The notes beneath the pieces were generated by a model that was not told the origin of the DNA, made no database searches, and was given only the letters and a program-made list of their open reading frames with translations. A stretch of DNA of 64,000 nt from an uncultured Verrucomicrobiae bacterium (lineage in GTDB: Bacteria > Verrucomicrobiota > Verrucomicrobiia > Chthoniobacterales > JAFAMB01): contig CAWEXO010000013.1 in assembly GCA_963813025.1 (NCBI GenBank), forward strand, positions 608,001-672,000, written 5' to 3'. Position numbers and translations under genes: made by a program. Below, piece after piece: positions 38,245 through 49,534 of this stretch. Numbering within the stretch: position 1 is the first letter of the stretch; each line of letters begins with the position of its first letter.

Positions 38245-38440
38245 CTAGCTACTTCGCCTCAGATTCGGCAACCGCTCCTCGGCAGCTCGTCGCGCTTCCC
38301 TGGCCTTGCGTTCAGCTATGCCATCACCATAGGCATTTTCGCTGAATCTCCTTGATACATCTCTGCCGTTCTCTTTCCAGTATGCTTCCCAAAACCAGTC
38401 AATACGCTTCCCGAGCTTCCGGGAGCCGCGTCTGATGCGG
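38245..38440 (-). pseudogene. AP2-like DNA-binding domain remnant
   Basis: WEAYWKENGRDVSRRFSENAYGDGIAERKAREAR; a decayed DNA-level paralog lies at about 30369-30515. Confidence 0.55.
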
Positions 38441-39133
38441 CTTTCCCCCGCTTGGCGAAGTCCAGGTGGTGAGTCCTCGCACCCTGATTGAGAGCGTTCA
38501 AACGATTCTAGAGCTGGATCAAAGAAAGTCGATCCTGAGCCACAAGACAACTGCTCGTCGATCAAGAACGTTATCGTGACGGCGAAGGCGTCGGGAGAGC
38601 TACATTGCGTAAGATGCTCGCAAGAGGGGCACTCTCTTCTTGAAGCAAGCCGGAGTTTTCAGAAACCGGCGGTCGGTCGGTAAGAGTCGGGCGGCGCGAT
38701 CCCGGATTTAGGGCGACTATCAAGCCGCAAGCAGGTACCGTGAAAATCAGCGGACCTCTCGGTGCTTCGCTTTCTTGATTTTTTTCGCTCATTCTTTTCT
38801 CCGTCGAGCGCTGGTGTTTATCAAAGACAGCACAGCGAATGTCATGGCTGGCTGGGGCCTAGCTGATGCCACCGACCATCGCAATGGAACTGCCGCCGGA
38901 GAGACCCTTCAGGTCTGCCTGATACCGGTTCACTATGATCAGTATCCCAAGGGCCGAGAACCCGATGGCTTCGCTGACTAGGCTCATTCGAGTGGCGATC
39001 CTCTGCAGCACTTGTGCTTATATTCCCGCCTTGCTTTGTTACAATGAATTTGGGGGCACGCGTGTCAGAGCTTTGCGAAAAGAGTGAAAAATTTGTGCTT
39101 ATCCGTTAATGTCGGATTGAAAGCGGGTTGCTG

Positions 39134-39904
39134 ATGAGGGGAAGCGATAGCTCGGTGGGAGCTGGCGCGGGCCAATTTCACACCACGCGCTGGACGCTGG
39201 TGATGGCTTCCTCGCATGAGCAAAGCCGGACTGGTCAAGCCGCTTTATCCGCCCTTTGTCAGACTTATTGGTACCCATTGTACACCTTTGCTCGCCGGCG
39301 CGGACATTCACCGCATGACGCACAGGATTTGACCCAGGGGTTTTTCCTGCACCTTTTGGAACATCGGGCGCTCAGCCAGGCTGATCCGCTCAAAGGCAAG
39401 TTCCGATCCTTTCTGCTCGCCTGCTTTCGGAACTACCTTTCGGTCGAGGCGCAGCGAGCCCACGCACTCAAGCGAGGCGGCCAGTGTCAGGTCGTTTCCC
39501 TCGATCTGGAAACGGCCGAAAACCGTTACGGGCTCGAACCGGCGGATCATTTGACAGCGGAGAAGATCTTCGAAGCCCGCTGGGCGCTGACGCTGCTGGA
39601 GCACGCGATGACGATCTTGCGGCAGGAATACCTTGGCAGAGGCAAAGGATTAGTCTTTGACACGTTGAAGGGGTACGTAGGGATTGGCGAAAGCAAGCCT
39701 GCGGCCGCCTACGAAGAAGCTGCAAAAGTGCTGGGCATCGGCGTCGGCACCGTGAAGACACTTATTCACCGCCTACGTAAGCGCTATCTAGCCGTCGTGC
39801 GCGAAGAAGTCGCCAGCACGGTCTCAGATCCAGGAGAGATTGAAGGAGAGATTCGCGCCCTCTGCGATGCGTTAATCGCCGCCGAAGGACGGCTGAGGCC
39901 GTGA
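39134..39904 (+). CDS. ECF sigma-70 factor
   Basis: FHTTRWTLV, YWYPLY.FARR, DAQDLTQGFF, GKFRSFL and a C-terminal HTH. Confidence 0.9.
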   Translation: MRGSDSSVGAGAGQFHTTRWTLVMASSHEQSRTGQAALSALCQTYWYPLYTFARRRGHSPHDAQDLTQGFFLHLLEHRALSQADPLKGKFRSFLLACFRNYLSVEAQRAHALKRGGQCQVVSLDLETAENRYGLEPADHLTAEKIFEARWALTLLEHAMTILRQEYLGRGKGLVFDTLKGYVGIGESKPAAAYEEAAKVLGIGVGTVKTLIHRLRKRYLAVVREEVASTVSDPGEIEGEIRALCDALIAAEGRLRP

Positions 39905-42900
39905 AACCAGACTCTGGAGAACCTGTGGAGGAACCCGGCAAGGAGGTGGGATCAGGAGAGCAGGAAGCGCGTACTTGCCCGGTCTGCGGCACGAAGTTCT
40001 TCGCCACCGCCGACAGTGGATTCTGTCCAGTTTGTATCCTGCGCGGAGCTACTAGCGGGGAATCTGCCACGACCGGGGAACAGGGTTCAATATCTGGGTC
40101 GGCGGACAGCGCTGAGGAGACGGAAGGTGCGTCGCGGACTCGCCGGTTTGAGAACTATGAAGTGATGCTGGACGAGCGCGGCACGCCGATCGAGTTGGGT
40201 CGTGGGGCAATGGGCGTCACCTACAAGGCACTCGACGTCGATCTCCAGTGCTCCGTGACTTTGAAAGTCATTAGCGAGCGGTATCTGGGTGAGGAGTCAG
40301 CGCGGCTTCGTTTCTTGCGCGAGGCACGCGCCGCAGCAAAAGTGCGACATACAAATGTCGCCTCGGTCTTCCATCTGGGCAGAACCGGCGAAAATTACTT
40401 CTACGCAATGGAGTTTGTCGAGGGGGAGACCCTTGAGCATCTCATCAAGCGCTCAGGCCGGGTCAATATGAAATTGGCGCTGGAAATCGCGACGCAGGTG
40501 GCTGCCGGTTTGGCTGCGGTGCACAAGCAGCAGCTCGTTCACCGAGACATTAAACCAAGTAACATCATGGTGAGCTTGGAGGACACGGGTGCTGTGACCG
40601 CGAAAATCATCGACCTGGGCCTAGCCAAGGCGGTCAACGAGCCGGGCGCTCAAACCGCGATTTCAACACCTGGGGCTTTCGCCGGAACACCGGAGTTCGC
40701 CAGTCCTGAGCAATTCGCTGGAATCGGTGCGGACATCCGGTCAGATCTGTATTCACTCGGCGTGACACTCTGGAAGATGTTGACGGGCAAAACGCGATTC
40801 CGGGGCACACCTGGTGAGGTGATGTACCAGCATCAGCACACGCCGTTACCGCTCGAAGAACTCGAAGGTGTCCCACGACCACTCGTCGTTTTACTTGAAG
40901 TGCTTCTTGAGAAAGACCCAGGGCGGCGTTTTCAGAACCCGGTCGAACTCCTGAAGGTGATACCGACGATAACCGGCGCTATCGATGCGGGGCGTCGAAT
41001 CACTCGTCAGAGCTTGCAGACGATGTTCCCGGCCGCCTCGCCGGTCGTAGCTCGTAAGCCGCCGGCAAGATTGGGTCAGTTCGTATCCTTCATCCTTGGC
41101 CGAGCGAACGTTTCACCCTCAAATACCCAAGGCGGGAGTCCGGTGCGTGAATCGCGCTCGCCGGGATCCGTGCCAAAGAGAATTTCCGTCGCCAGATTGC
41201 CCGTTACCGGAAGCGATGTTTTTGGTCGAGAGGAGGATATCGCTTTCCTGGATGATGCATGGGCAAACCAGGATGTAAATGTCGTTTCGATCATTGCCTG
41301 GGCCGGTGTCGGGAAGTCCACTCTCGTCAACCATTGGCTTCGGCGGATGGCGGCAGATCGTTACCGGTCCGCGGAATGCGTGTTTGGCTGGTCTTTCTAC
41401 AGGCAAGGCACAAGCGGGCAATCTTCTTCCGCAGACGAATTTCTTGATGCGGCGCTCGCATGGTTTGGCGATTCAGATCCGCGGCTCGGAACGGCGTGGG
41501 AGAACGGCGAAAGATTGGCGAAGCTCATCGCACATCGGCGAACTTTACTGATTCTCGACGGCCTGGAGCCGCTCCAAAATCCGCCTGGTCCACAAGAAGG
41601 ACGACTGCGTGAACCTTCCCTTCAGGCGCTTTTGCGCGAACTCGCTGCCTTCAATAACGGGCTTTGCGTGATCACCACACGCCTGCCAGTCGCTGATCTG
41701 GCCGATCACGCAGGCACCTCGGCCCTGCGTCGTGACCTGGAGCAATTATCCAGAGATGCTGGGGCGCAGCTGCTCAGAGCGCTGAGCGTTAAGGGAGATG
41801 AGACGGAATTGCAAAGTGCCAGCGAGGAGTTCAGCGGCCATTGCCTAGCGCTAACGCTGCTTGGCAGTTATCTGGCCGATGCCTTTAATGGAGATATCTG
41901 TTTTCGCCAAGAAGTATCAGCGCGTCTTGGTCACGACGTAAGGCAGGGAGTCCATGCCCGAAAAGTCATGGAATCTTACCAGACCTGGTTTGGCGAGGGT
42001 CCGGAGCTGTCCGTTCTTCGCATCCTGGGTCTGTTTGATAGGCCCGCAGACGAACTGGCGCTTGGAGCCCTACTAAAACCACCTGCTATCCGGGGCCTTA
42101 CAGAGTCGTTAACTGATTTGAGCCCAACCGAGTGGCGAACGATTCTTGGCAAGTTAAGAAGGGCTAGACTCCTGGCCGGGGAAGATCCGCACAATCCTAG
42201 CTATCTGGATGCCCATCCTCTCGTTCGTGAATTCTTTGGAGAACAGCTTCGGAATCAACGAAGCGAAGCCTGGAAGGAATGCAACAAGCGGCTCTATGAA
42301 TATTATCGAGCAATTGCGCCCCAGCTCCCAAGTCATTTCAGGGAAATGGAGCCACTTCTCTTAGCCGTTATCTGCGGCTGCAATGCAGGTTTGTTTCGCA
42401 AAGCGCTGCATGAAGTTTACATTCCCCGAATTCAGCGAGGAGATTCCTCCTTTGCAGCTAAGGTCCTGGGAGCCAGGGGAGCGCTGCTCTTGGTTTTAGC
42501 TCACTTTTTCGAACACGGACGCTGGGGTTCACCCGTTGAAACGGGCGTCGAGGAGCACAGTCTCACTGCAGAAGATCAGCTCTTCATTCTCACGCAGGCG
42601 GGATCATATCTAATGGCCACGCGAGGATATACAGCACCGGAGGCCCGACTTTGTTACGAGCGCGCGGAGTCTTTGTGTAATTCGCTCAATCGTCCCCTGC
42701 TCTTGTATGCGGCACTGATGGGTCAGTGGCGTCATTCCAACACCATCGGCAAGCTGTCCGAAGCGTTACAAATTGCCAAACGCCTTTACTCGCTTGCGCA
42801 GGAGCATAATGAATCTGCGCTCGTGATAGGAGCCTGTCATGCTCTGGCATGCACGCTCTACTTTTTGGGCGAATTCGAGAGCGCGCGAGAATACGCGATG

Positions 42901-43656
42901 CGCGCTATTCAGATCTGGCGCTCGGAGGGCGTACAGTCTTCGGTCGAAGAGGTAGACGTACCTGTCACCAGTACTCTGTGTTATGCGGCAATGTCCGAAT
43001 GGCATTTAGGAGAGATCGCCTCTAGCAAGGCAAACATAGCGGAAGCGATCTCACTAGCGAAGGGACTCAATGATATGCACGGACTGGCCGTGGACCTGAT
43101 GTGGGCAACGGTTCTCAGCTATTGCGAGCGTAATCCTGCTGAGGTGGAACGCTGCGGGTCGGATTTGATTGACCTGTCAACGCGTCACCATTTTGCGCAT
43201 TATATAGCCGCCGGAACCGTTTATCGCGGTTGGGCGCGTAGCGCTCTGGGTGACCCAGCTGGAGGCATTTCATGGATCGAGCACGGGATAAAAGACTTTC
43301 GGGCAATTGGCGCGATTACGGGATTGGCATCTCATCTAAGGCTAAAGGCTGAAGCTTTGTACCTAGCGGATCGTACCTCTGAAGCTCTGGAGGCAATAAG
43401 CCAAGCGGAAGCAATAATCGAAAGAACTGGAGAATGCTATTGGCGCGCCGAACACCACCGGCTCCGCGGTGTGCTTCTCGCAGCAATTGGTGCTGAGGAG
43501 ACCCAAATTGAGGCTTCGTTTTGCGAAGCCATCAGAATCGCACAGGAGCAGAAGTCAATTTCACTGGCGACACGCGCAGAAGCAACCTACGCAGAATATC
43601 GCAGGCAAAAAGCGAGCGCGTCAGGAGGACGTGGATTCCGACTACCTCTTTGCTAA
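39901..43656 (+). CDS. Ser/Thr protein kinase fused to a P-loop (STAND-like) ATPase and helical/TPR region
   Basis: GRGAMG, HRDIKPSN, DLG and GTPEFASPE; FGREE, AWAGVGKS and LILDGLE. Overlaps the sigma factor stop. Confidence 0.9.
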   Translation: MKPDSGEPVEEPGKEVGSGEQEARTCPVCGTKFFATADSGFCPVCILRGATSGESATTGEQGSISGSADSAEETEGASRTRRFENYEVMLDERGTPIELGRGAMGVTYKALDVDLQCSVTLKVISERYLGEESARLRFLREARAAAKVRHTNVASVFHLGRTGENYFYAMEFVEGETLEHLIKRSGRVNMKLALEIATQVAAGLAAVHKQQLVHRDIKPSNIMVSLEDTGAVTAKIIDLGLAKAVNEPGAQTAISTPGAFAGTPEFASPEQFAGIGADIRSDLYSLGVTLWKMLTGKTRFRGTPGEVMYQHQHTPLPLEELEGVPRPLVVLLEVLLEKDPGRRFQNPVELLKVIPTITGAIDAGRRITRQSLQTMFPAASPVVARKPPARLGQFVSFILGRANVSPSNTQGGSPVRESRSPGSVPKRISVARLPVTGSDVFGREEDIAFLDDAWANQDVNVVSIIAWAGVGKSTLVNHWLRRMAADRYRSAECVFGWSFYRQGTSGQSSSADEFLDAALAWFGDSDPRLGTAWENGERLAKLIAHRRTLLILDGLEPLQNPPGPQEGRLREPSLQALLRELAAFNNGLCVITTRLPVADLADHAGTSALRRDLEQLSRDAGAQLLRALSVKGDETELQSASEEFSGHCLALTLLGSYLADAFNGDICFRQEVSARLGHDVRQGVHARKVMESYQTWFGEGPELSVLRILGLFDRPADELALGALLKPPAIRGLTESLTDLSPTEWRTILGKLRRARLLAGEDPHNPSYLDAHPLVREFFGEQLRNQRSEAWKECNKRLYEYYRAIAPQLPSHFREMEPLLLAVICGCNAGLFRKALHEVYIPRIQRGDSSFAAKVLGARGALLLVLAHFFEHGRWGSPVETGVEEHSLTAEDQLFILTQAGSYLMATRGYTAPEARLCYERAESLCNSLNRPLLLYAALMGQWRHSNTIGKLSEALQIAKRLYSLAQEHNESALVIGACHALACTLYFLGEFESAREYAMRAIQIWRSEGVQSSVEEVDVPVTSTLCYAAMSEWHLGEIASSKANIAEAISLAKGLNDMHGLAVDLMWATVLSYCERNPAEVERCGSDLIDLSTRHHFAHYIAAGTVYRGWARSALGDPAGGISWIEHGIKDFRAIGAITGLASHLRLKAEALYLADRTSEALEAISQAEAIIERTGECYWRAEHHRLRGVLLAAIGAEETQIEASFCEAIRIAQEQKSISLATRAEATYAEYRRQKASASGGRGFRLPLC

Positions 43657-43767
43657 CTTCTTAACATTCTGCCCTTTCGTTCAACGGACAAAGCGAACGT
43701 AAACCGGCGGGCCGGACCTATTCGCGAGAGGCTGTTTCGCTAGCCATTTTGGAGATACACTACTGCA

Positions 43768-44419
43768 GTGGGCACTCGCTTACACAACTATAACGAGGTC
43801 CGGACCTACCTGGAAAGAGAGCATCCAGATTGGCTCCGCGCCTTGATGCCCCGGCACATCAACGCGCCTGCGGACTACTGGCCGCAGAAAGTGCTGGCAG
43901 TCTCATCGGCGAACGCCGCGATGCAGAACTACGTCAGCATCCACGAACACCAGACCAGGCCTAATCCGGCGCTCGCAGCGGTCCATGGCCAGGCGGCGCT
44001 GCTCCTGCGCTACGAGGTGCCGCACCTACTACGTTTCCCGGGAACTCTTGGCTACCGCGCTTCGGCCAGAGCTTCCCGATGACATTTTCTTTGAGGCGAT
44101 TCCGTTTCCGTTCGATGCCTTGGTCTTCATGCTGCCGAAAGGAACAGTGCGTCACCCAATCGAAGGCGATTGGCCGTTCTTTGTCCTCTCGCGAACCAGC
44201 AAAGGGCGGACTTTTTTCCTTCCAATTCCCGAACTGCATTTCAGCGTCACGGCTGAACAGGACGCCGTTCTCGTGACGACGCATATGCCGGAGGCTCCGC
44301 TGAACGTTACCTATTTTAAGAGTGTTCCGCTCATTCGCGGAGCGAGCATTAAGCAGGCGTTCCAGTGTTTGAGGCAAGGCAGGCTGCGCTCGAAAGTGCG
44401 CCCTCCATACCGCAGATGA
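43768..44419 (+). pseudogene. Frameshifted hypothetical gene with a second remnant near 50740-50880
   Basis: TYYVSRELLATALRPELPDDIFFEAIPFPFDA versus TYYVSHEILDAALRTEIPDDMVFDAIPSPFDA. Confidence 0.55.
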
Positions 44420-44435
44420 GGTTCACTTTCGGCTC

Positions 44436-45044
44436 TCACCTGAACCGTGCAGAGACTTGCGGAATGGGTGGCTTCAAAGCTCTTAATACGTTGGGGTCAA
44501 CCAGTCCGGTCGCAGGTAACCCTTGGGCCTCCTGGAACCCGCGAATCGCTTGGCGACTATCGGAGCCGATCGCTCCGTCAATCGGACCCCGGTAGTAACC
44601 GCGCCGGGCAAGCTCGGACTGTACTTTCATGGCCAAATCTTGCCAAAATCGGTAATCATAACTCGCATAAGCGTAGGGGTACCCCCAATCGTAGGGGTAC
44701 CACCAATAAGGGAGAGCAAAGCCAGCAAAATCGAAACCGGTGGAGAATCGGGGCTGATGGCGAAAGAAATGGTTTTCATGAGCGAAGCGCCTGTCGCCGG
44801 TCTCTTGCGAAAATCGGTGTCCCAAAAAAGCTTGATGTCCACCTTTCGCCTGTCCGGTGGCGGCTCCATGCCCGGCGCCCGTTCCATGTCCGCCTGCTGT
44901 TCCAGACCCGCTTCCGGCTCCATGCCCACCTCCGGTTCCGGACCCGCCTCCTGCTCCGTGACCAGCTACGGATTGCGTGGTGAACGTTATTGCGGCTGCG
45001 AGGGCCGCCGCAAAAAGCCAACGAAACACATGGAACTTCTTCAT
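44436..45044 (-). CDS. Secreted Gly-rich protein with a peptidoglycan-binding domain
   Basis: Signal peptide; VQSELARRGYYRGPIDG.IG..SRQAIRGFQ...GL..TG. Confidence 0.85.
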   Translation of the reverse strand: MKKFHVFRWLFAAALAAAITFTTQSVAGHGAGGGSGTGGGHGAGSGSGTAGGHGTGAGHGAATGQAKGGHQAFLGHRFSQETGDRRFAHENHFFRHQPRFSTGFDFAGFALPYWWYPYDWGYPYAYASYDYRFWQDLAMKVQSELARRGYYRGPIDGAIGSDSRQAIRGFQEAQGLPATGLVDPNVLRALKPPIPQVSARFR

Positions 45045-45145
45045 ATGCTATGGCTTAGTTAAAAAGCAAAGGCTGCTTTCCTGATTTTTCAACCATAGAG
45101 TTTATCGGCGATTGGACCGGCCGAAGACCGTGGTCAGATTGAGCC

Positions 45146-45521
45146 TGGCTTGCGGTTACACGCTCCCCGAAGGCAGCAGCAAATATTTCGGGTCGCTGCT
45201 GGTCGGCTACTACGACTCAAGCGGATTGGTTTTCGCCGGTAGAGTCGGCACCGGCTTCTCCGAAAGCGCTTTGGCAGCGCTGTACGGCGGCCTGCAAAAA
45301 ATCAGACGCGAGACTTGTCCTTTTGTAGACCTGCCGGAGAAAACGCGAGGTCTATGACGTCAGACTATCATCCCTGCAGACATGAGCGCTGTAGTTCGGT
45401 CGAGCCGGTGCTGGTCGCCCAGGTTAAGTTTACCGAGTGGACGCTCGACGATCAGCTCCGTCAGCCCATCTTCCTCGGGCTGCGAACCGACAAAGAGGCA
45501 AAGTATGCTGTTCGTGAATAG
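45146..45521 (+). pseudogene. LigD-type ATP-dependent DNA ligase C-terminal remnant
   Basis: GYTLPEGS..YFGSLLVG, GRVGTGF and VEPVLVAQVKFTEWT...LRQPIFLGLR.DK. Confidence 0.85.
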
Positions 45522-45839
45522 ATAGACATTGCAGAAGCTGCAATTATTTGCCCTGAGCCAGGAAGCGGGAGCAGGCGGTTAGCTAGCGATCACAGATACC
45601 TGCGGATTTGTGACTTGTGCATGGAACTGGCGTTTGGTGCTCAATGCGCAAGCAAGTAAAGTCGCAATTCATACAACTTGGTGGAATTCAATGTGTTGTA
45701 CCGCCAGTTCCTGGGGAGCGACAAGGGCAGCCTTCTGGTAAGCTCCAGAAGGTTTCAGACGAGTTTGAGATTGAAATCGCTGAGACGTATCGCGCGATCC
45801 CGACCTTCCAGAGCTACGATGAAGGAAAGGCGCAATGGC

Positions 45840-46829
45840 TCAACGCTCGGCTTTCGAAGGGACAGCTGCCGAACCGACTGGCTGTGGCTTTAGCAGCATG
45901 ACCAACAGTACGCCAGCCAAGATGAAGCCAGCGCCAATCACATGATAAAGGTGCAGGCGCTCGCCGAGGAAAATATACGCCAGGACAGCAATAAATACCG
46001 TCTGCGAATAAAGTAACATTCCTGCTCTTGACGCGCCGAGCTTTTCCACGCTCCAGTTAAACAGGTAGTACATCAGAGCTCCTCCGGGAACAGCCAGGTA
46101 GGCCAGTCCCAATAGCCCGGCAGGCCTGAGCGCGGATCGTTCGTCGTGCAGTATCTCCCAAGTGTAGAATGGTAAAGTGGTAATCGCCGCGGCAGCGAGC
46201 AATACAACCAGCAGCGGCAAGCGTTCAAGAGCAAAGTTTGCCCGCCGGAGCAACACCGTGTAGAGCGCGAGACACGATGCTCCAGCAACGATAAAGAGGT
46301 CGCCGGCATTAAAGTCAAAACGGAGAAGGGCGGAAAGGTCACCCCGTACGATGATAATCCCCATTCCGACACAGGCGACGACCGAGCCAATGGCCTGCCA
46401 GGGGCCCACTACCTCCCTGAGGAAGAATCGGGCCAGGACCATTGTAAAGACTGGCATGAGCGCGAGGATAAGACCAGCGTTGATCGCGGTAGTGTAATTA
46501 AGCCCGATGAACATCAAGCCTGGGGTGATGGCGAGTCCGAGGCCGCCAATCACCAGGAGCTCCGGCCAGCGTTTCTTTAAGGTCGCTGCGACGGCCTTCA
46601 CCTGGGAATGCGTAGCCGGAAGCAAAATCAGTGCGGCGATGGTCACGCGCCAGAAGCAAAGCGCCCAGGGTGGCATCTCGGCTGCCGTGGATTTTACTGC
46701 GATGTAGACGCCGGCCGATAGCAACCAACAGAGGATTCCAGCCCCGTAAGCTCCCGCAGATGGCGATGCTTGCCGCGCTTGACCGACTTCCCTCCTCCCT
46801 GCGGCGATAGACCAGAATTGAAGCGCCAT
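45840..46829 (-). CDS. EamA/DMT family transporter
   Basis: About 10 TM helices; YTTAINAGLI and LGERL. Confidence 0.88.
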   Translation of the reverse strand: MALQFWSIAAGRREVGQARQASPSAGAYGAGILCWLLSAGVYIAVKSTAAEMPPWALCFWRVTIAALILLPATHSQVKAVAATLKKRWPELLVIGGLGLAITPGLMFIGLNYTTAINAGLILALMPVFTMVLARFFLREVVGPWQAIGSVVACVGMGIIIVRGDLSALLRFDFNAGDLFIVAGASCLALYTVLLRRANFALERLPLLVVLLAAAAITTLPFYTWEILHDERSALRPAGLLGLAYLAVPGGALMYYLFNWSVEKLGASRAGMLLYSQTVFIAVLAYIFLGERLHLYHVIGAGFILAGVLLVMLLKPQPVGSAAVPSKAER

Positions 46830-46959
46830 ATAGTTTTTTTTCAGTGCACCTTAGATATTCCAACAAAGGTAGGTAAAACGCCACGGTATTTGGCCTCACG
46901 CCTGCTGGAATTAGAGCCTGGGGGTCAGCAGCATCGAAGTAGAGGCCGAGAGTCAACGA

Positions 46960-47407
46960 GACCAGTTGCAACTGCCGGTTAAAGCGGCGCTCAAGCATCC
47001 GGGCCGGCAGGAACTACCAGCGGATCTGCCGAGGAAAGAGCAGATTATTGCTTGCACACCCCAACAATGCGTCTGCGGCAAGTGTGGCAAACAGACTGAT
47101 TGCATCGGCTACGAGAGTTCTGAACAACTCGATGTCGAACCGGCTCGATACTTCACGCGGGTGTTCAAACGCGCAAGCGAGCCTGTACGGACTGTGAGGA
47201 GCAAGGAGTGCGGTGCGCGCCGCTGCCGCCCCGGGTTATCGAGAAAGCGAGAAAGGGCTGGCCAGTGATCGGGTGGTAGTCGATACGGTAGTCAGCAAAT
47301 ATGTTGACCACCAACCGCTCTATCGCCAAAGTGCCATGCTGGAGCGCGAAACCGGTATCCAGCTCTGCCGAGCGACTCTGGATGGCTGGGTGATGGGGGG
47401 TAGGTGA
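46960..47407 (+). pseudogene. IS66 transposase TnpC fragment
   Basis: GRQELPADLPR, CGKCG..IGYESSEQLD and KYVDHQPLYRQ. Confidence 0.85.
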
Positions 47408-47786
47408 ATTGCAACGCCGAGATCGCCGTAGCAACAGTCAAAGCAGAGCTTCGTCCACGAAAGGGAGCTTTTCGACGGGCAGCGCCTGCATCGGGTCGAT
47501 AAAGGAACTCGGCTTCATGTTTTGCCCAGAGCGCCGATTCCGAATCCGACGCGCAGGTCGCCGCCGGTCACGACGGCTCTTTTCTGTGCGAAGGAGGAGG
47601 GTTCATTGAGTGCGCCAGGAGAATGGTGGACTTTCCCCGGCGCGGCAACCCCGATGTCTATTGCGGCAATCGCAGGAACCGCCGCAATCCAATTTGCTTG
47701 ACCTCCTCCGGGCCGTCGGCTTCCATCGCGTGTGCCGCGGCGTGAAGCCCGCGGGAACCGTTCAACGCTCGAATTTCAACGCACGC

Positions 47787-48371
47787 ATGTTCTCATTTGA
47801 TTCGTTGGGACACATCAATGTCGTCGTGCCTGATCTCAAAGAGGCGACACGCTTTTATCAAACGCTCTTCAATGCGAGTGTCGAGCAAACCTTTCCGCAC
47901 TTCAAGAATGTGGGATTCGCGCGGTCGGCCGGTTTTTTGGAGGACCCCGAATCCGTCGATGTGAGTATTCGTTTCCTGAAGATTCCGTTTGGCCGATCGG
48001 AAGATTTGTTTATGGAACTGTTCACGTTTCACAGTCCGGCCGGCGGGCAGGAGATTAAGCCCAGCAAGACGAACGACGTCGGCGGGCCGAGGCACGTTTG
48101 CCTCCGGGTCAGAAACATCGACGAGTGTTCGCGCATGTGAAGTCCCTCGATGGCGGTGCACTTGATCAACAATTCGCCCAAGTACGAACCGTATTTCATC
48201 AGCCCGATCAAGCCGGGCGCCATCGAACTTCCTGGCGCGGACCGCAACTCGGCGGGCGCCAGGGAAGCGATTTGCGAAATCGTCAAAGGGATCCGTTTTT
48301 TTTATGCCATTGACCGCTACGGCATCCAGTGGGAGTTCGAGGAAGGACGCTCAGACATTGGCACCACATGA
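47787..48371 (+). pseudogene. VOC/glyoxalase family protein, frameshift near 48130
   Basis: GHINVVVPDL..A..FY, ELF, HVCLRV.NID and DRYGIQWEF. Confidence 0.75.
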
Positions 48372-48408
48372 AGGCCGTCCGCGAACTCCGCCGCGTCCAG
48401 CGCGTTCA

Positions 48409-49202
48409 ATGAAAGCACCCATTCGTCGACATTTCCCGAGACCTGTTCTGCCTGACCGGATATTGCAGCATTGTGACCGGCGCGAGTGTGGGAATCGGCC
48501 TCAACATCGCCGAAGCACTTGCCTACAGGGGGTCGGATCTCGTTCTGGTGAGCCGGAATGCGGAACGCCTCGAGGAGGCGGCCGGAAAGGTGCGGGCGAT
48601 CGGCCGCCGGGCCGTCGCGGTAGCGGCCGATGTGGCGGACGACGACGCCCCAGAGCGGATCGTCGAGGCGGCGCTGGGATTGGGTGGCCGCATCGACGTC
48701 CTGGTGAACAATACGGGGTTTATGACGTTTGCCGATCCCTTCAACATCAACGACGAGACGTGGGATGAGATTTTCAACGTGAATGTCGCGCACCGATGCG
48801 GATCACGCGGGCCGTGCTTGCCGAGATGGTCAAGCCGTGCCGGGGCAGCATCATCAACATCGGAAGCTCCTGGTCGACACGGGCGTCCGTTTTCAACCAG
48901 GACGGAGGCGGAGTGGACTATTGCTCGTCGAAGGCCGCCCTGCATGCGCTGACGCGAGCGACGCTCAGGACGTGGCTCCGAAAAAAATTCGCGTGAACAC
49001 CATCGCTCCGGGCGCCGTGGATACCCCAATGCATGCCGACCACCGTGCGCTCCTTTTCGAGTTCGAGAAATACATCCCGCTCGGCAGGATCCAGGTAGCG
49101 GAGGACCTCGCTGGGGCCGTGATCTTTCTCGCCTCGGATGCCAGTGCCTACATCACCGGCCAGACCCTCCATGTCAATGGGGGTCTGCTTATGGTGGATT
49201 AG
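48409..49202 (+). pseudogene. SDR family oxidoreductase, frameshifted
   Basis: VTGASVGIG, IDVLVNN, YCSSKAA, IRVNTIAPG and YITGQTLHVNGG, spread over several frames. Confidence 0.85.
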
Positions 49203-49534
49203 GAAAGAATTTGCCAGGAAGAATCGGACACAGGCACAATGCCTGTGCTGCCTGTCTGTTCCGGGCGCTCGTGCTCCTTTGGCGAAACTCCAAAGTTTTT
49301 CAGTGTTTGCTTTCAGTGTTCAGTGGCGCGCGCCGATGACGGGAGCGGAGATTGCGGGATATTCTGCTCCCTATGGCATATTAACAGTTTCAGGAAGGAG
49401 TGCTGCTCTAGTGAAACCATGCGTCCTCAACTGATCTTCCGTAAGGCCAGCGTCACTGACGGCGCAGGCTCTCGGGCCTTTGGTACGACAGGTTCTCAGC
49501 GCGGCCATGTTTCTGCGCAGTTCCGATGAGATAA

